DNA of 63,845 nt, filler included, from Collodictyon triciliatum (taxonomy: Eukaryota), in NCBI GenBank assembly GCA_043381765.1. It is 7 parts of 7 records of this genome, joined end to end, with 100 filler letters (N's around TTAATTAATTAA, not from the genome) between each part and the next. Parts side by side here need not be neighbours in the genome. Positions count along the whole stretch, not along the records: positions 40,526 to 53,902 come from JBHJMP010001995.1; positions 54,003 to 57,512 come from JBHJMP010002095.1; positions 57,613 to 61,200 come from JBHJMP010002108.1; 4 more parts are not named here. One strand, given 5' to 3'. The notes under the pieces are model-generated. The model searched no databases. It was not told where the DNA came from and was given only the letters and a program-made list of their open reading frames with translations. This document shows positions 48,001-57,714 of the stretch, in pieces (position 1 is the stretch's first letter; every line of letters starts with the position of its first letter). Made by a program: the position numbers and the translations under genes.

Positions 48001-51000
48001 TAGTAAAGATTGCACAATTCAGCTTTGGAAAATTGAGTATCTCTCAATGAGTATCCCTCCCCAAATGAACTCTCGTCCATCAAAGAATATACACTGCATT
48101 GAAATTTGCAATCTCGTCAACGACGTCACCGTGGTTGCCTGTGGTGATGACCAAGGCGTTATTCATATATATGAGCTGTCCAACGGACGAGAGCTTCAAA
48201 AACTTGTTGGACATACAGGCCCTGTCAGGTCGATATCCCGAGTTTTATCTAGCTATTCTGACTTTGCTCTTGCTTCTGCTGGAGAAGATGGAAATATTAT
48301 TGTGTGGGATTTACAAACAGAGTATGAAGATCGTATGCAAAGCAGTGTCTTGACATCAAAAATAGCAAAGACATTACCTCATTTGGTTTCCAATAGTGCT
48401 CCATTAAATCAAGGTCCTGTGGCTTCAACCACTGATACATATTCCCACCTACCCAAACAAAATGATGGATTGCAAATAATAGATAAAGATTTCGAAAATA
48501 GTTTGCAAGCTCCTTTGGTAGAGAGGAAAACAAACTTAAACACAGAAAGTAATGAAGACGTTTATGTGAGCCCTAAACTTCAACAGGTTGGCAGAATTAT
48601 CAAGCAGACATCAACAAAATCGCCCATTATTTGTACGTGCGTTATCAACCAAAGCCCATCAGTGAGATATCTAGTATCAGGGGGTAAAGATTGTCTTGTT
48701 AAGGTTTGGGACATGGACAATCTCAGCCTGGTTATGGAGCTTGAAGGACATTCTGGGGTTATTGAATCAGTACAGGGAAGTCGTTTAAATGAAGATGTCA
48801 CCCTCCTGGTCTCAACCAGCTCATCTGGTGCTGTTCTCATATGGGATACTAGGGAATGGGAACTTGTAGAGAACTACAAAAAGCATGAATCACCCGTACA
48901 TGCGCTATCAATAGTCTCACCAGATGCTTCTCATAACTTTAAGAAACATTCAATGGGTTCCAATGACGAGGAAAGTGATGAAGAGGAGAATTTACGTCCA
49001 AACACACAAAAAGGAAATATCAGTGGGACGAATGGAAATCAAGAGGGCGACACAAGTCCAACTAATCGTAAAGCTGGACTACAAGATAATATCGATGAGA
49101 GTGAATCTAACCTTCCAAAACACTCAGTTTTGACATGCTCAAATGATGGGCAGATAAGATTGTGGAGTTTGAGAACTATGAAGGATTGGAAAATTATAGC
49201 TGGTCATTTCCAAGGGACGTTTTGTGTTTGCGGATACTACCCAAAACAAAATAGCTCGAATGCTTTGGATAAGCTGTCTAAAGTATCTGAGGAAGACAAA
49301 TTTACTGCCGGCTACAGAAAGGCCTCTAATGAATATGACTGGGAATGGCTATTATCTGGTGGAGGAGATGGAATGATACGCATATGGAATGTCAAACATA
49401 ATCAAGAAGGAAAATGGGTCAGGGCACACAGCGGTGTTGTACTCTCTCTTTGCGTATCAGAAGATGGTAAGTATGTAATCAGCGGTGGCTCTGATGGTGC
49501 CCTGAAAGTATGGAAAGTGAAATTCTGCAAAGAGAGTGCTTTACTGCATGGCTTTCAGTATTCCAAATATGATCGCGATATAAGTAGCCAGTCTGAATGT
49601 GCATCTCATGATTCTAACTATATCGGTGGGAATAAGGAAAATACTACAGGAAAGAAGGAATTTGAACAGAATTACCCTGTGGCAAACCGTTGTCAATCTG
49701 ATGAGGCAAGTATAGATAGTAGAAGCACACAAAGTAAATCCAAGGAAAGTATGCAAAGAGGGAAACTAGATAAGGATTTTGATCCAGGGCATCAAAGCAT
49801 GAGCGTTGTTGAGAGCAGCAGGGCTAGCCAAGATTTAATGAGAAATAGAAATACGCAGGAAAATAGCAGACCAAAGTGTGACAATAGTCACAAGCTACAG
49901 ATGGAACTGGAGCTAGTGTGGACATCAAAAGACATTCTTATTGTGGACGGGAGTCTTACGGTAGGAGCAAAAGGTTTGACAAGCGCTAATGGGCATCTTT
50001 TGGAGCAGTCTACCTATGTTGCCAGAATAATTCGACAACCCCAAGCTATTGCTCGCGTTGTTATGGATGCTAAATGCAGCTGTCCAGATGCACTGACTGC
50101 TCTTGGGATTCGTTATTGGTATGGAGACATGAATGGAGATCTTCCAAATCCTACCGCTGCGGCTCCTCATTTCTTGTCAGCCGCCCAATTAGATAATCCT
50201 GAGGCTATGGTTTATCTTGCCAAGTACATTCTATACAATCAAAGCGCTCATTTGAAAAGTACTAATATTGCAAGCGGCATCAGCAAATCACCTATGAAAA
50301 TCATGGTTGACCCCGGTACCCCACGGATGCAGGCAGAATTATCCACATCCATCTCTTCGTCCACCTCGAATGTTACATTTAAGTCGAATTTTACCAACGG
50401 CGCCATATCAGTGGAAACCATGTTATCTTCGGAGCCTCGGGCCCGTGCCATGTACTGGCTGCGCAGGGCTGCTACAGTGCATCGTGACCCAGAAGCTATG
50501 GTTTTACTCGGTCTTTGTATCGAGTCATACGGGGAGGAAGATCCGTCACATATACAAAATGCAGCTCATATTCAGTCCCAATCAATGGATGGTACCGGAA
50601 AGTCCTCCAAGTTTAGTCATTTGATGAATCATGCTCACAACTCGCAATCAAGTCTTGGTGTGATTTCTAGGAAAGATAGCGCTTCTGTAGACACAGCTGT
50701 CTTGAAATCTTCCTCTACCGCACCCAGTAATGTAAATAGCAGTGAAGATATGACGTCTGATGTGGAGGATATGTCCTTTTTACCATCCTTTGCACCTCAA
50801 ACGTTAGAAACCAATCCTAATGAGTCTATAGCAGACCAGGTGGCTGATAACATGCCTGTCTCCACAACAAACACAAACTCTGGACCTTCGTCAGGGCACA
50901 ACTCGAAAAAAAATTACTTGGCTTTTGATTGGTACAGAAAAGCTGCTGAGCTTGGGCATGCCCATGGTTGCTTCAAGCTTGGATATGCCTTTTGGAGTGG

Positions 51001-52096
51001 GATGGGTCTGCCCAACAACCGTCGGGATTTGGAACAGTCTGTTGATTGGTATGTTCGCGCAGCATCCCAAGGTCACAGCATGGCCCAGTATAATTTAGCA
51101 TGTGCTATTCGCGATGGTATAGCGGTCTCAGCCTCTCAAGCCACGTTGGCCATTGGGCGAAATTTGTTATTGAAGATAGGTGGTGATGAAAATCTTACTT
51201 CAAATGTCGGAAATGCTCTGCCTCAACATGCCATTCAACTTTTAGCAAAGTCATCACAAAAGGGGAATCCGTATGCCCTGTCCACCTTGGGTAAATGTTA
51301 CGAAAATGGCTGGGGCGTTGCTGTTGATTACAACATGGCCATATATTGTTACCGGCGAGCTCTCAGGTATTCAGCATATTCGATTAATTTGAGCGAAACA
51401 GGTTCACTTTGGTTCGACTCTGCCCCCAAAAATGACAACGACTTTGGTAAAATGGATATGTTGGTCGCAGACAAGATGAAACTCCTCAAACTGCAAGAGG
51501 GTGACCTTTTGTTTTCGAAGGGTTCTGTTGATTTTATTCAATGTGATTCGTTGAAAGCAGAGCATGTGGTCGCTTTGTACAATCTTGGGATGTGCTTTAA
51601 AACCGGAAGGGGAGTGGAAAAGGATATACGCGCAAGCGCTGGGTGTTTTTCTTATGCTGGGGTGTTTATGCATGCAGATGCGCTGTTTAATCTGGCGATT
51701 TACCATCAAAACGGCCTGTTAGACGAGGGTGAAAATCTTGCACAACAATCTCATCCTCAGGATGGAGACGCTATCAAGCAGGGAGGTAGAGAACGAGCTT
51801 TACGGTTATTCCGTGCATCTGCACAACTGGGCAATGTCTCTGCTATTAGCAACATCGGGGTTTTCTTTGAAAATGGGTGGGTAGTCAAAAAGGATTTCGA
51901 AAAGGCTGCAAAGTACTATAGAGCAGCCGCTGATAGAGGCTCAGCTCCTGGTATGTGCAACTTGGCAGACTTGCTGGAGTATGGGCGAGGAGTTCGTCGT
52001 GATTTGGAGGAAGCTAAGCGCCTCTACTCGCGTGCTGCTCGTCTTGGTAATCCGGTGGCTGTTCGCGCACTCAAACGCATTGGAATGATTTCTTAA
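42017..52096 (+). CDS. Intronless NLR-like STAND protein: LRGG-containing N-terminus, helical region, NACHT NTPase, pentapeptide repeats, WD40 repeats, Sel1-like repeats
   Basis: About 10 kb uninterrupted ORF, first ATG at 42017. Walker A GQPGVGKS (45248-45271), Walker B FVFLFDGYDEI (approx. 45560-45592), winged-helix YEFIHLSIRDYFFAK, pentapeptide YADLSGAILDNIDFSEADLRGV, GH...WD repeats, and Sel1 motifs such as AFDWYRKAAELGHAHG and KAAKYYRAAADRG. Confidence 0.93.
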   Translation: MEGDQCILLRHIVSAAREAQPDHSETGLWTLTWALQDLNGTKTRNQCNDSIQEQSFEWTVTCVNEATRSMLDPSHLLIEIPLPPMLHNSFESVAHWLEKIASNSILLITARRLSTEEASKPECVQPPTHGYHLMKREYGRLCRREYIQGLRGGGAVCSSPKKALIHTPEAIPLSRPASLYTEPQSQAAESKQFHTSLLSEHDNSGSNHADVQQSKSVRVEKEVESTVPKRDKMIPKTIERKEKDTGPATEDFEVAKDSEPSFVQSDMEKPPVPDPGVPTVALSSTQKMQQTPGKIDRLFHENPPFAVPTPTQVDQSCRDLSIRILRSHLSQNTLPLLSHVNQDVDAKDTSFSTTSSNSLLYKPLEDAGIVQATNIPLDESNRHKSFISSAAHTQTSSISAIVQAKRVFDAFLSRNPKTKDDYDEVSTLAIANHSEITRALLRWMLTTPDTSFGIVPMEGTNELTRTFKGMDSRIDIEMNADDDYDVNIEMAWKIKAVGYIMWHCAPEFIDEKFWIAAYQLLQKYVHLLYRKLVTPEDRSLFVQGTSRVLMALYSSSSLPGVWQNRSGQESVSPNSEHLTQLLDVLSKDRTQPEVYAWASVARDTLMRIIAELHQPRHAGPISIQVGQFSSTTLNERDSSSMHAKSKTESNADVNPDIGVGAAMGVGSIHRPIACVSAVNMDSTAHLVPHVGLALAGRMPTFSTIKTSQSNSNPNQVSIEGANKSFRMTLSSILQSVLPLSLGLTPLEMPPPSGTGMNILNAYNQYSERARYISDASSSNVPSSNFPSVAAQPKMAQINENGSQRTPIYWLDQILMVYVLIQCNLFRELEEFLEREDTNRMSQPFACHIVLALCEVAVHHDDPLTRISCIRMIGEMYMDPNDIWNTQILFKELIFTRLIRLSRSNDPIVHFNARTQLHTIHARMASHARTRDLFDKHLDGRLDEFLPLTALTHHVSPNSDSSDPINPSQGLSLTGPYKLYNPARADGFFPTSLFRMALSSNSSIPDILQLIQTSVLHSPQLRDRLQSFISPLCLVQPGVSSQSGSPSGFSSDPHTYIDATTFVQNFLQNQNHRTLVVFGQPGVGKSSFLLHILRQLWAGWNDENPIPIYIPLQTLSRPDTHAIEEALTSVFKNGIPPLQQHIFPFLNPHVYGQSSQSQNATNQEYSLAFSDEQAERMRRERNFVFLFDGYDEICGNISTVHSAMSNIMHSINTAVTNPARKASIKNINLYVSNRMQLWKAKCIFTCSTISPVPNVSLLKLFAPYSNGSPSFHSIQSIHLMHFEDKQVTKYLSDYSQINPRDEYESPDVYWKYLNKIPLMKKYSRFPFDLFVFTSSLPHVLLKSRILQDNPYPNLCRSDFYDSFTQSWYEDYEEKIMQNPNSNYPTNLMNRLDQYHKLLATMCYLKGTNTISIDSSIIGLQKKKIDLQRTTKKRTSNIGNSMNPPIGASPAMLQMLYHAPTGNSFSIKKGNMYSPSLNMEESLNTKANSLEDFDSFFSEVEPIRTLSQGAMVRRIGQCHYEFIHLSIRDYFFAKNIYDSIMGKSGSALDLFMSDQNIATFDAEMMSQLEKQTVHAREYLASSLSKTIIAFLADRAKNDSLFCEKLYEYIDRSRKLVELSALASNCITILNFAEVSFSSKNLRGISIPYADLSGAILDNIDFSEADLRGVQMTDSFVRDCNFTNSLMDKIEFGKYPLFPHDEEIKCMGYWHNNGLSYLVSSSGDNLFIWDLHLFQLYQIIPVQLEKVSCMDILSPVNESGADRNIPLCIIGTAYGIISIWNLLNGDLVREWNGHNSKITTIRFIEPSNPSSYFVTADENGCIIMWDKSRGAQIWKIEHAHTKRITDMDIHVPHSGLPLLVSTGLDLCICFWDIARGSLYKSIRGMASSPLSIMCIPQAEKEPWLVVGCRDGKIRVYDWVTGLMLGDWESGSSHVIRLCWWKDPFSDDVLVGSSQLDYGIHIWNWKAKSLIRAYEGHQNVVTGLVPIIPQKGNPILASCSKDCTIQLWKIEYLSMSIPPQMNSRPSKNIHCIEICNLVNDVTVVACGDDQGVIHIYELSNGRELQKLVGHTGPVRSISRVLSSYSDFALASAGEDGNIIVWDLQTEYEDRMQSSVLTSKIAKTLPHLVSNSAPLNQGPVASTTDTYSHLPKQNDGLQIIDKDFENSLQAPLVERKTNLNTESNEDVYVSPKLQQVGRIIKQTSTKSPIICTCVINQSPSVRYLVSGGKDCLVKVWDMDNLSLVMELEGHSGVIESVQGSRLNEDVTLLVSTSSSGAVLIWDTREWELVENYKKHESPVHALSIVSPDASHNFKKHSMGSNDEESDEEENLRPNTQKGNISGTNGNQEGDTSPTNRKAGLQDNIDESESNLPKHSVLTCSNDGQIRLWSLRTMKDWKIIAGHFQGTFCVCGYYPKQNSSNALDKLSKVSEEDKFTAGYRKASNEYDWEWLLSGGGDGMIRIWNVKHNQEGKWVRAHSGVVLSLCVSEDGKYVISGGSDGALKVWKVKFCKESALLHGFQYSKYDRDISSQSECASHDSNYIGGNKENTTGKKEFEQNYPVANRCQSDEASIDSRSTQSKSKESMQRGKLDKDFDPGHQSMSVVESSRASQDLMRNRNTQENSRPKCDNSHKLQMELELVWTSKDILIVDGSLTVGAKGLTSANGHLLEQSTYVARIIRQPQAIARVVMDAKCSCPDALTALGIRYWYGDMNGDLPNPTAAAPHFLSAAQLDNPEAMVYLAKYILYNQSAHLKSTNIASGISKSPMKIMVDPGTPRMQAELSTSISSSTSNVTFKSNFTNGAISVETMLSSEPRARAMYWLRRAATVHRDPEAMVLLGLCIESYGEEDPSHIQNAAHIQSQSMDGTGKSSKFSHLMNHAHNSQSSLGVISRKDSASVDTAVLKSSSTAPSNVNSSEDMTSDVEDMSFLPSFAPQTLETNPNESIADQVADNMPVSTTNTNSGPSSGHNSKKNYLAFDWYRKAAELGHAHGCFKLGYAFWSGMGLPNNRRDLEQSVDWYVRAASQGHSMAQYNLACAIRDGIAVSASQATLAIGRNLLLKIGGDENLTSNVGNALPQHAIQLLAKSSQKGNPYALSTLGKCYENGWGVAVDYNMAIYCYRRALRYSAYSINLSETGSLWFDSAPKNDNDFGKMDMLVADKMKLLKLQEGDLLFSKGSVDFIQCDSLKAEHVVALYNLGMCFKTGRGVEKDIRASAGCFSYAGVFMHADALFNLAIYHQNGLLDEGENLAQQSHPQDGDAIKQGGRERALRLFRASAQLGNVSAISNIGVFFENGWVVKKDFEKAAKYYRAAADRGSAPGMCNLADLLEYGRGVRRDLEEAKRLYSRAARLGNPVAVRALKRIGMIS

Positions 52097-52266
52097 CATA
52101 TTTGCTTTCACCTGTTTCTTTCATTTCATTTTATATTAAAAAAAAAAAAAACAAGCTTTTGTTAAAAAGAAATAATTCACCCCATCGACTATTTCAATAA
52201 ACCACATCATTAAATGTTTCCATTAAATAACACATATTTATGTTATGCTTCTTTTGGTTTCTTTTG

Positions 52267-52380
52267 TTTCTTTTGGTTTTTCTGGTTTTTCTGGTTTTTC
52301 TGGTTTTTCTGGTTTTTCTGGTTTTTCTGGTTTTTCTGGTTTTTCTGGTTTTTCTGGTTTTTCTGGTTTTTCTGGTTTTT
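52267..52380 (+). repeat. (TTTTTCTGG)n tandem repeat
   Basis: Directly visible. Confidence 0.93.
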
Positions 52381-52537
52381 TGTTTTTTACGTATTATTCT
52401 TGGTCAGCGTATCCCTTTTTATTAGATGTAAAATAATATCATGTGGCTTTGCCCTCAGCTTGAGGCGCAGAAATTACTAATGAAATTTCATTTTGCTGGT
52501 GCTGTGACTTTTGGTATTTATTTTTTCATAAAATAAA

Positions 52538-53538
52538 TCATTCTTCCGCCCGTTTATGTAATCGAACAGTATCTGTGCGTTTCCTTAGGTAAAAACCAAT
52601 TCCAAGACCAAGTATGATAAATCCTGCCACAAACAATGATACAAATATTCCTTGGCTGGTGTCCCAAGAAGCATCCAATACATTCTGCCTAGCACCATCA
52701 GCGTTCTGTGCACTTGGGGCATATGTATAATTTGATAATCCCAAAGAACCATTGAATCGAACTGCCTCTGCTTGTGTGGATTCGTGTGGTGGTAGAATAA
52801 CATGCCGAGGGGTAGCTGGGCTTTTGCGGTCGTAGACTTTCAACGCTTTGTATGCAAAAACCAAGGCTTTGTTCTGCGGTGCGCATCGTCCTTCATGAAA
52901 ACAAACATTCAAATAAACACGCGTGTTCTCCTTGTCAAATGGATACGGGAGTGCTGGAGAGATACAGATGATTTCGTTCAGATCGATGCTAATAGGGGGC
53001 ACTCGCACATTCCCAAACTTGCAGTCATACCGAAAAGACTCTAGGAAAACACCTCCGTTGATGGTCACCACAGTCCCTCCGGTGCTTATCCCTTTAGTGG
53101 GCTTTGCACTACGCAGGATAAGTGTATTTCCTCGCATAGTCTGTCTTGTTTCTAATGCAAGTACATTGGATATCATTTTAATTCTAACCAACCCAATAGA
53201 GGGGTCAGCAATATATAAACCCCGGCTTCGATCTTTTCATAGTTGCTAAGGTTTGGTACTCAAACAGTTGAAAGTTATTAAAAGATATGTAAAATAATTG
53301 GTTTTCATCTTTTTGGTTCTTGGAGTAAAACATGGAGTAAATATACGATAATTGTGTGTTCGACCGACTCCAGGTTTTCCTCGAGAAGGAATAAGAGCAG
53401 GGTCTAAGTCCCCTTTGTTAATCTCACGGACGTGATCTAGATTTTGATCTGACGGGTTCATCCGCTCAGGTGTTTCCTTAGAGTGTTTTTTTACATGGTG
53501 GCCAAAGTAAGGTCGAGTACCTTCTTTGTGAACTATAC
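52538..53538 (-). CDS. Single-pass membrane protein with IPT/TIG domain, 5' partial
   Basis: PTKGISTGGTVVTINGGVF...CKFG...IICISP matches the IPT/TIG pattern; C-terminal TM GIFVSLFVAGFIILGLGIGFYL followed by RKR. An upstream exon (approx. 53538-53365) joins in frame via an AAG acceptor. Confidence 0.8.
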
Positions 53539-53803
53539 CTCGTTTTAATTCTAGATGTGCCTTACTCGCGATACTAGTCTTTTCCTGAACACTCTGATCT
53601 GGGCGATTAAATGCTGCATTATGGAATCATGGTATTTTACTAATCTTATACTTTTGAGTTCAATCCATTGATTTGTAAACGAAAAGACACACTGGATACA
53701 AATAAGCAAAAAAGGAAAAAAAGGTTTGCTTTCTAATTTGTCCTGTTCAATTAGATAAAAGCGTATGTTACTAAGCAGTATCATTATATTTTGAAATAAT
53801 GTG

Positions 53804-53902
53804 TTTTTATCATCGTTTTTTATCATCGTTTTTTATCATCGTTTTTTATCATCGTTTTTTATCATCGTTTTTTATCATCGTTTTTTATCATCGTTTTTTA
53901 TC
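53804..53902 (+). repeat. (TTTTTTATCATCG)n at contig end
   Basis: Directly visible. Confidence 0.93.
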
Positions 53903-54002
53903 NNNNNNNNNNNNNNNNNNNNNNNNNNNNNNNNNNNNNNNNNNNNTTAATTAATTAANNNNNNNNNNNNNNNNNNNNNNNNNNNNNNNNNNNNNNNNNN
54001 NN
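53903..54002. other. Artificial contig linker
   Basis: N44-TTAATTAATTAA-N44. Confidence 0.97.
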
Positions 54003-54076
54003 AAAAAAAAAAAATATTATTTAAAAAAAAACAAAAAAGTAATTTTTATTATTTTTTTTTTTTTTTTTTTTTTTGC

Positions 54077-56220
54077 CTCGTTCGAGATCAAATTACAAGG
54101 ATACAAGACCATAATTTCATTCCCTCTGTCAATCTTGTAGTGGAACCGATAGTTATCCCGAATCAATACTATCTCCGACATCCCACTGTACGTAACTGCC
54201 TGGCTACAGTCAGAATGAAACCTTCGTCACATCACTTTCTCAAGGCAATTAATTAATTTTTTTTAAAAAAAAAAAAGAGTGACAGAAAAGCCATTATAAC
54301 ACGGCACGCATATCTGTGCGTTGTATCAACAGTCGGTGTGTTGGGGTCTGCAATCAAACTCGCATCACCAAATATTTGGGCAATATGTACGCAAAAATGA
54401 TAACAAGATAACTGTACCAGACATCAACATAGAACCACCAAAACAATTGGAGGACATGCTTCTGCTCCGTTTCTGTTGGAAGCCTTAAAGGAGGTGCTGT
54501 TACTGTCTGGTTAGAATGACATAGTTAGCATCACATTAAAAATGTTCGTGGATACCCTTTTGCCAAAAATACTCATGGATTAAACTGAAATGCTATTCTT
54601 TATTTTTTTCTCCCGTTTCTTTTCTTATATTGCGAAAAAAAATTAAGGTAGAGATCAGAAACCGGTTGGTGATAAACCAACTTTTTTTTGGTTGCCTAGT
54701 AAACAAGAAGGAAAAAAAAAAACATCAGCCAAAAAAATCGCTTTACCTTGGTTCTCAAGTTCAAGTGAGCAAATGCAAGAACTTCTCGAGGTGCGTACTG
54801 CCGCACGTGGAACATGGGTTCCTGGTAAGAATAAAAACAAGAATAAAAGGATAGTTCAAAAACAGAAACAGAAAGAAAAGTCATCGACCACCATGATTAA
54901 TGCCCAAGATTCATTTAGAGGATAGTAATAATAAATTCAATGTAGTAAATCTGATATTTAAAGTCTGTCAAATCTTCTGTTGTTTCAAACCTGAGAAGGT
55001 AGCTCCATTTCAGAGTCATGGAGGGATGTCTCGAGGCCCTCTACAGCAGCTTCTACTTTGGAGTACGTCGTTCTTAGGTCGCATACGATTGCAAGGATAA
55101 ACTCACGCATGGATATCTTTGGAAGTGATGAAAGAATTGTGAATATCATGTGAACATCCTTCTTTGTAGTCTATAGTCAATTTGATGATAGGAAGTGATT
55201 ATTACGCATCAAAGTGGATTCGCGCATACTTACAAGAGAAAGATTGTACCAATTTCCCTCCAAGAATATTGGCGTTATGCGCGCTCTTTCAGTCAGTAGA
55301 GGCCTCGTCTTGACAAAATGTACTATCTTATTGCCATTTGAATTAAAGGATATACTGATGAGTAATTTTGCAGAAACGCGTTCTTTTCATTTGGCGATTT
55401 CATTCCTGCCGAATTATATGCTGTGGTCGAACTCAAATTAGGTCATGTGTGATGTTCATAATGAATAAAACCATTTGGGAGGCGACGGAAGGAAGTCTGC
55501 TGTGGAGGATTGTTTTGTTTACAAACATCAAAGAGCCTCTGACCTCCTCTAAAGAATAAAGATTTTAGCCCTTTTGTCCGAAAATTGCACTTTTTATCCC
55601 AATTAGATATCCAACATATTCCTCCGACGACAAGATGGGAAAATGAAATCTCACGGATATCTTCCAAGCTTGCAAGCCATCTATCGATCTGATTTCTCGT
55701 GTGCCCGTCAAGTGGAATCTGGTGTGTTTATCAACAGAACAATTCTTCTTTAATATGATTAATAAGAATTCCTTAAAAACAAACAAACAAACAAAAAAAG
55801 AAGGATACTGATATTTGTGTGCTTGATTGTTTCCAAGGAGGTAAGAAACGTGTATATGTTGATGTGTGCCTGGTCTTCATTTTTTTTTTATTTTGGCCAT
55901 ACCTGTTCAACACCCCCAAGCATAATCGAATAGTCCTGCTCCATTCGGCGAAGAACGGAGTCAACAAGATCCTATGGTGATGCAGCATCTGAATATTTTC
56001 TGAAGAGATTTCACTCCACAGGGTTTTTTTTCCCTTTTGTTTTGAAGATAAGAATAATCAAGAGGACATTTCATTCTCTATCAACCTCAAAACCAGACAA
56101 AACAAGCATGTCATCGTCCCACTTTTCCACCGGCCCGAAAAAGAAAACCAGCATGTCCTTGGCAATTAATAAGAAATTGAACGTAAAACTGGCACTTGCT
56201 CGTAGCATTTATTCAACACT

Positions 56221-56252
<32 letters not shown>

Positions 56253-56898
56253 GAGAAAAAGATATTCGGGCTGAATAAATCTACCACTAACTCACTTGCA
56301 TGAAGCAGAGTATCTTCTGAGCAAATGCTGATGCGTTGGTTGGAGATGCGGTGTGGATAACAGCAAGGATTTCGCTGGTCAGATTCATGAAGTGGAGATA
56401 GGAGTTTTCGAACACAAAGGAAGCGATACGCTGATTCATCAAGGCCGACGCAAAGACTGTTGCAGATGTGTGGAAGGCCACGAGGCGCTCTGTGTCCAGA
56501 ACCACAGAACCAACTGAGGCACATGGCAAACAACAGGGAATGATTACACATCCACACTCGCACGCATTCAGTATCGTTTCCTTTCGAGTGTTGCATCATT
56601 TCGAAAAAGAAAAACGGAGAGTGATAAAAAGCGCAGAGACGGAATATATGTATCAAACAAGTTATGTGTATGAAGCATGGCTATGTGTGGTGGTGGTGGT
56701 GGTGTTTTTTTTTCTTTTGTTTGTATTTTAGCCAACGAGAATAGAGCCAAGCTAAGTAGATGTTCCTCTGAACTGGTCGTATGCACATATCATTTTGCAT
56801 ATAATTCGGCGCGGTGGGCATTCATGCACAAGAGACTCACACTGGCGTCGAAGAAGGCACTTTCCATCCTTTGTGAGAAGAACAAAGCCGTCGATCAT
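54077..56898 (-). CDS. MON1/HPS1/Fuzzy-family tri-longin protein (Rab GEF subunit-like), about 11 exons, 3' truncated
   Basis: Phase-consistent exons give MIDGFVLLTKDGKCLLRRQFGSVVLDTERLVAFHTSATVFA..., ILCFMQDMLVFFFGP, DLVDSVLRRMEQDYSIMLGGVEQIPLDGHTRNQID, GSLMFVNKTILHSRL, RPLLTERARITPIFL, VLQLFWWFY and EIVLIRDNYRFHYKIDRGNEIMVLYP. The family call is by motif recognition only. Confidence 0.7.
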
Positions 56899-57422
56899 GG
56901 TGTTGCTTCGTCGAGACGCCTGGGTGGCAAAAGTCTGGCACAGAAACTAAAACATTACTCTGTTCAGCCCGTCTTTTTTTCTTTAGGTTTATTTAAGTGT
57001 TTTATGGAAGGAACGCGCCGCTGTGTGAGAGAAAAAATAAAACCGGGGAAGTAAAAGAAAAAAGAAAAAAATGAGAAATAAAAGAGATAGAAGGGAATGC
57101 GAATAAAAAAAAAATAAAGAAGCGTTTATTGTGTGTCGGTTGCTTCTAGTTTGGCGAATCAGTGGATCAAACAATCAATCAGCGAGGCAAAACGCTACGT
57201 GACGCGCGCATCCGTGATTCCCTGTGCGTGGTTGATTTCCGCATGAAAAGAATAAAAAAAAAAAAAATAAAGGAAAATAGTTCCCGTGAGAATGGTCATC
57301 AAGAGATAAGAAAGGAAGAGACGAGAAGCCGAAGCCGATCCCGCAGTCTTCATGACACCGAACAAAGCAGAGAGCATCAGCACTACGGTCTTCACGTGGA
57401 AGAAAAAGAGAAGAGAAAAAGG

Positions 57423-57512
57423 AAAAGAAAAAGAAAAAGAAAAAGAAAAAGAAAAAGAAAAAGAAAAAGAAAAAGAAAAAGAAAAAGAAAAAGAAAAAGA
57501 AAAAGAAAAAGA
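57423..57512 (+). repeat. (GAAAAA)n at contig end
   Basis: Directly visible. Confidence 0.95.
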
Positions 57513-57612
57513 NNNNNNNNNNNNNNNNNNNNNNNNNNNNNNNNNNNNNNNNNNNNTTAATTAATTAANNNNNNNNNNNNNNNNNNNNNNNNNNNNNNNN
57601 NNNNNNNNNNNN
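57513..57612. other. Artificial contig linker
   Basis: N44-TTAATTAATTAA-N44. Confidence 0.97.
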
Positions 57613-57714
57613 AAAAAAAAATTTCGTCTCATTTGAAATGCTAACAAAAAAAAATATTACTTCATGACAACCGGATAATGGTTCTTTTGTGATGGCGATA
57701 ATAAAATACCAAAG

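Noticed and set aside
52214-52480. ORFs such as FFW/GFS/LVF repeats and other low-complexity ORFs (poly-L, YVCM, KER, TK)
   Set aside because: Translations of microsatellites in introns or intergenic DNA.
26398-53242. TGA reassigned to Trp, suggested by in-frame TGAs just upstream of exons near 26400, 40667 and 53240
   Set aside because: The 2711-aa and 3413-aa ORFs contain many Trp residues with no internal TGA, several genes end in TGA, and two of the three cases are resolved by a nearer AG acceptor.
54097-54106. GTATCCTTG, a possible GT-type U12 donor in the longin gene
   Set aside because: Reads equally well as coding (VLYP), and the contig ends before any branch point could be checked; untestable here.
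54099-55130. Plus-strand multi-exon gene
   Set aside because: These open stretches are the antisense of the minus-strand longin gene exons.
55340-55356. Second ATATCCTTT (U12 donor-like) on the minus strand
   Set aside because: It lies inside a canonical GT-AG intron whose removal gives a continuous frame (ASQM-IVHFVK); no matching U12 branch site with AC was found.
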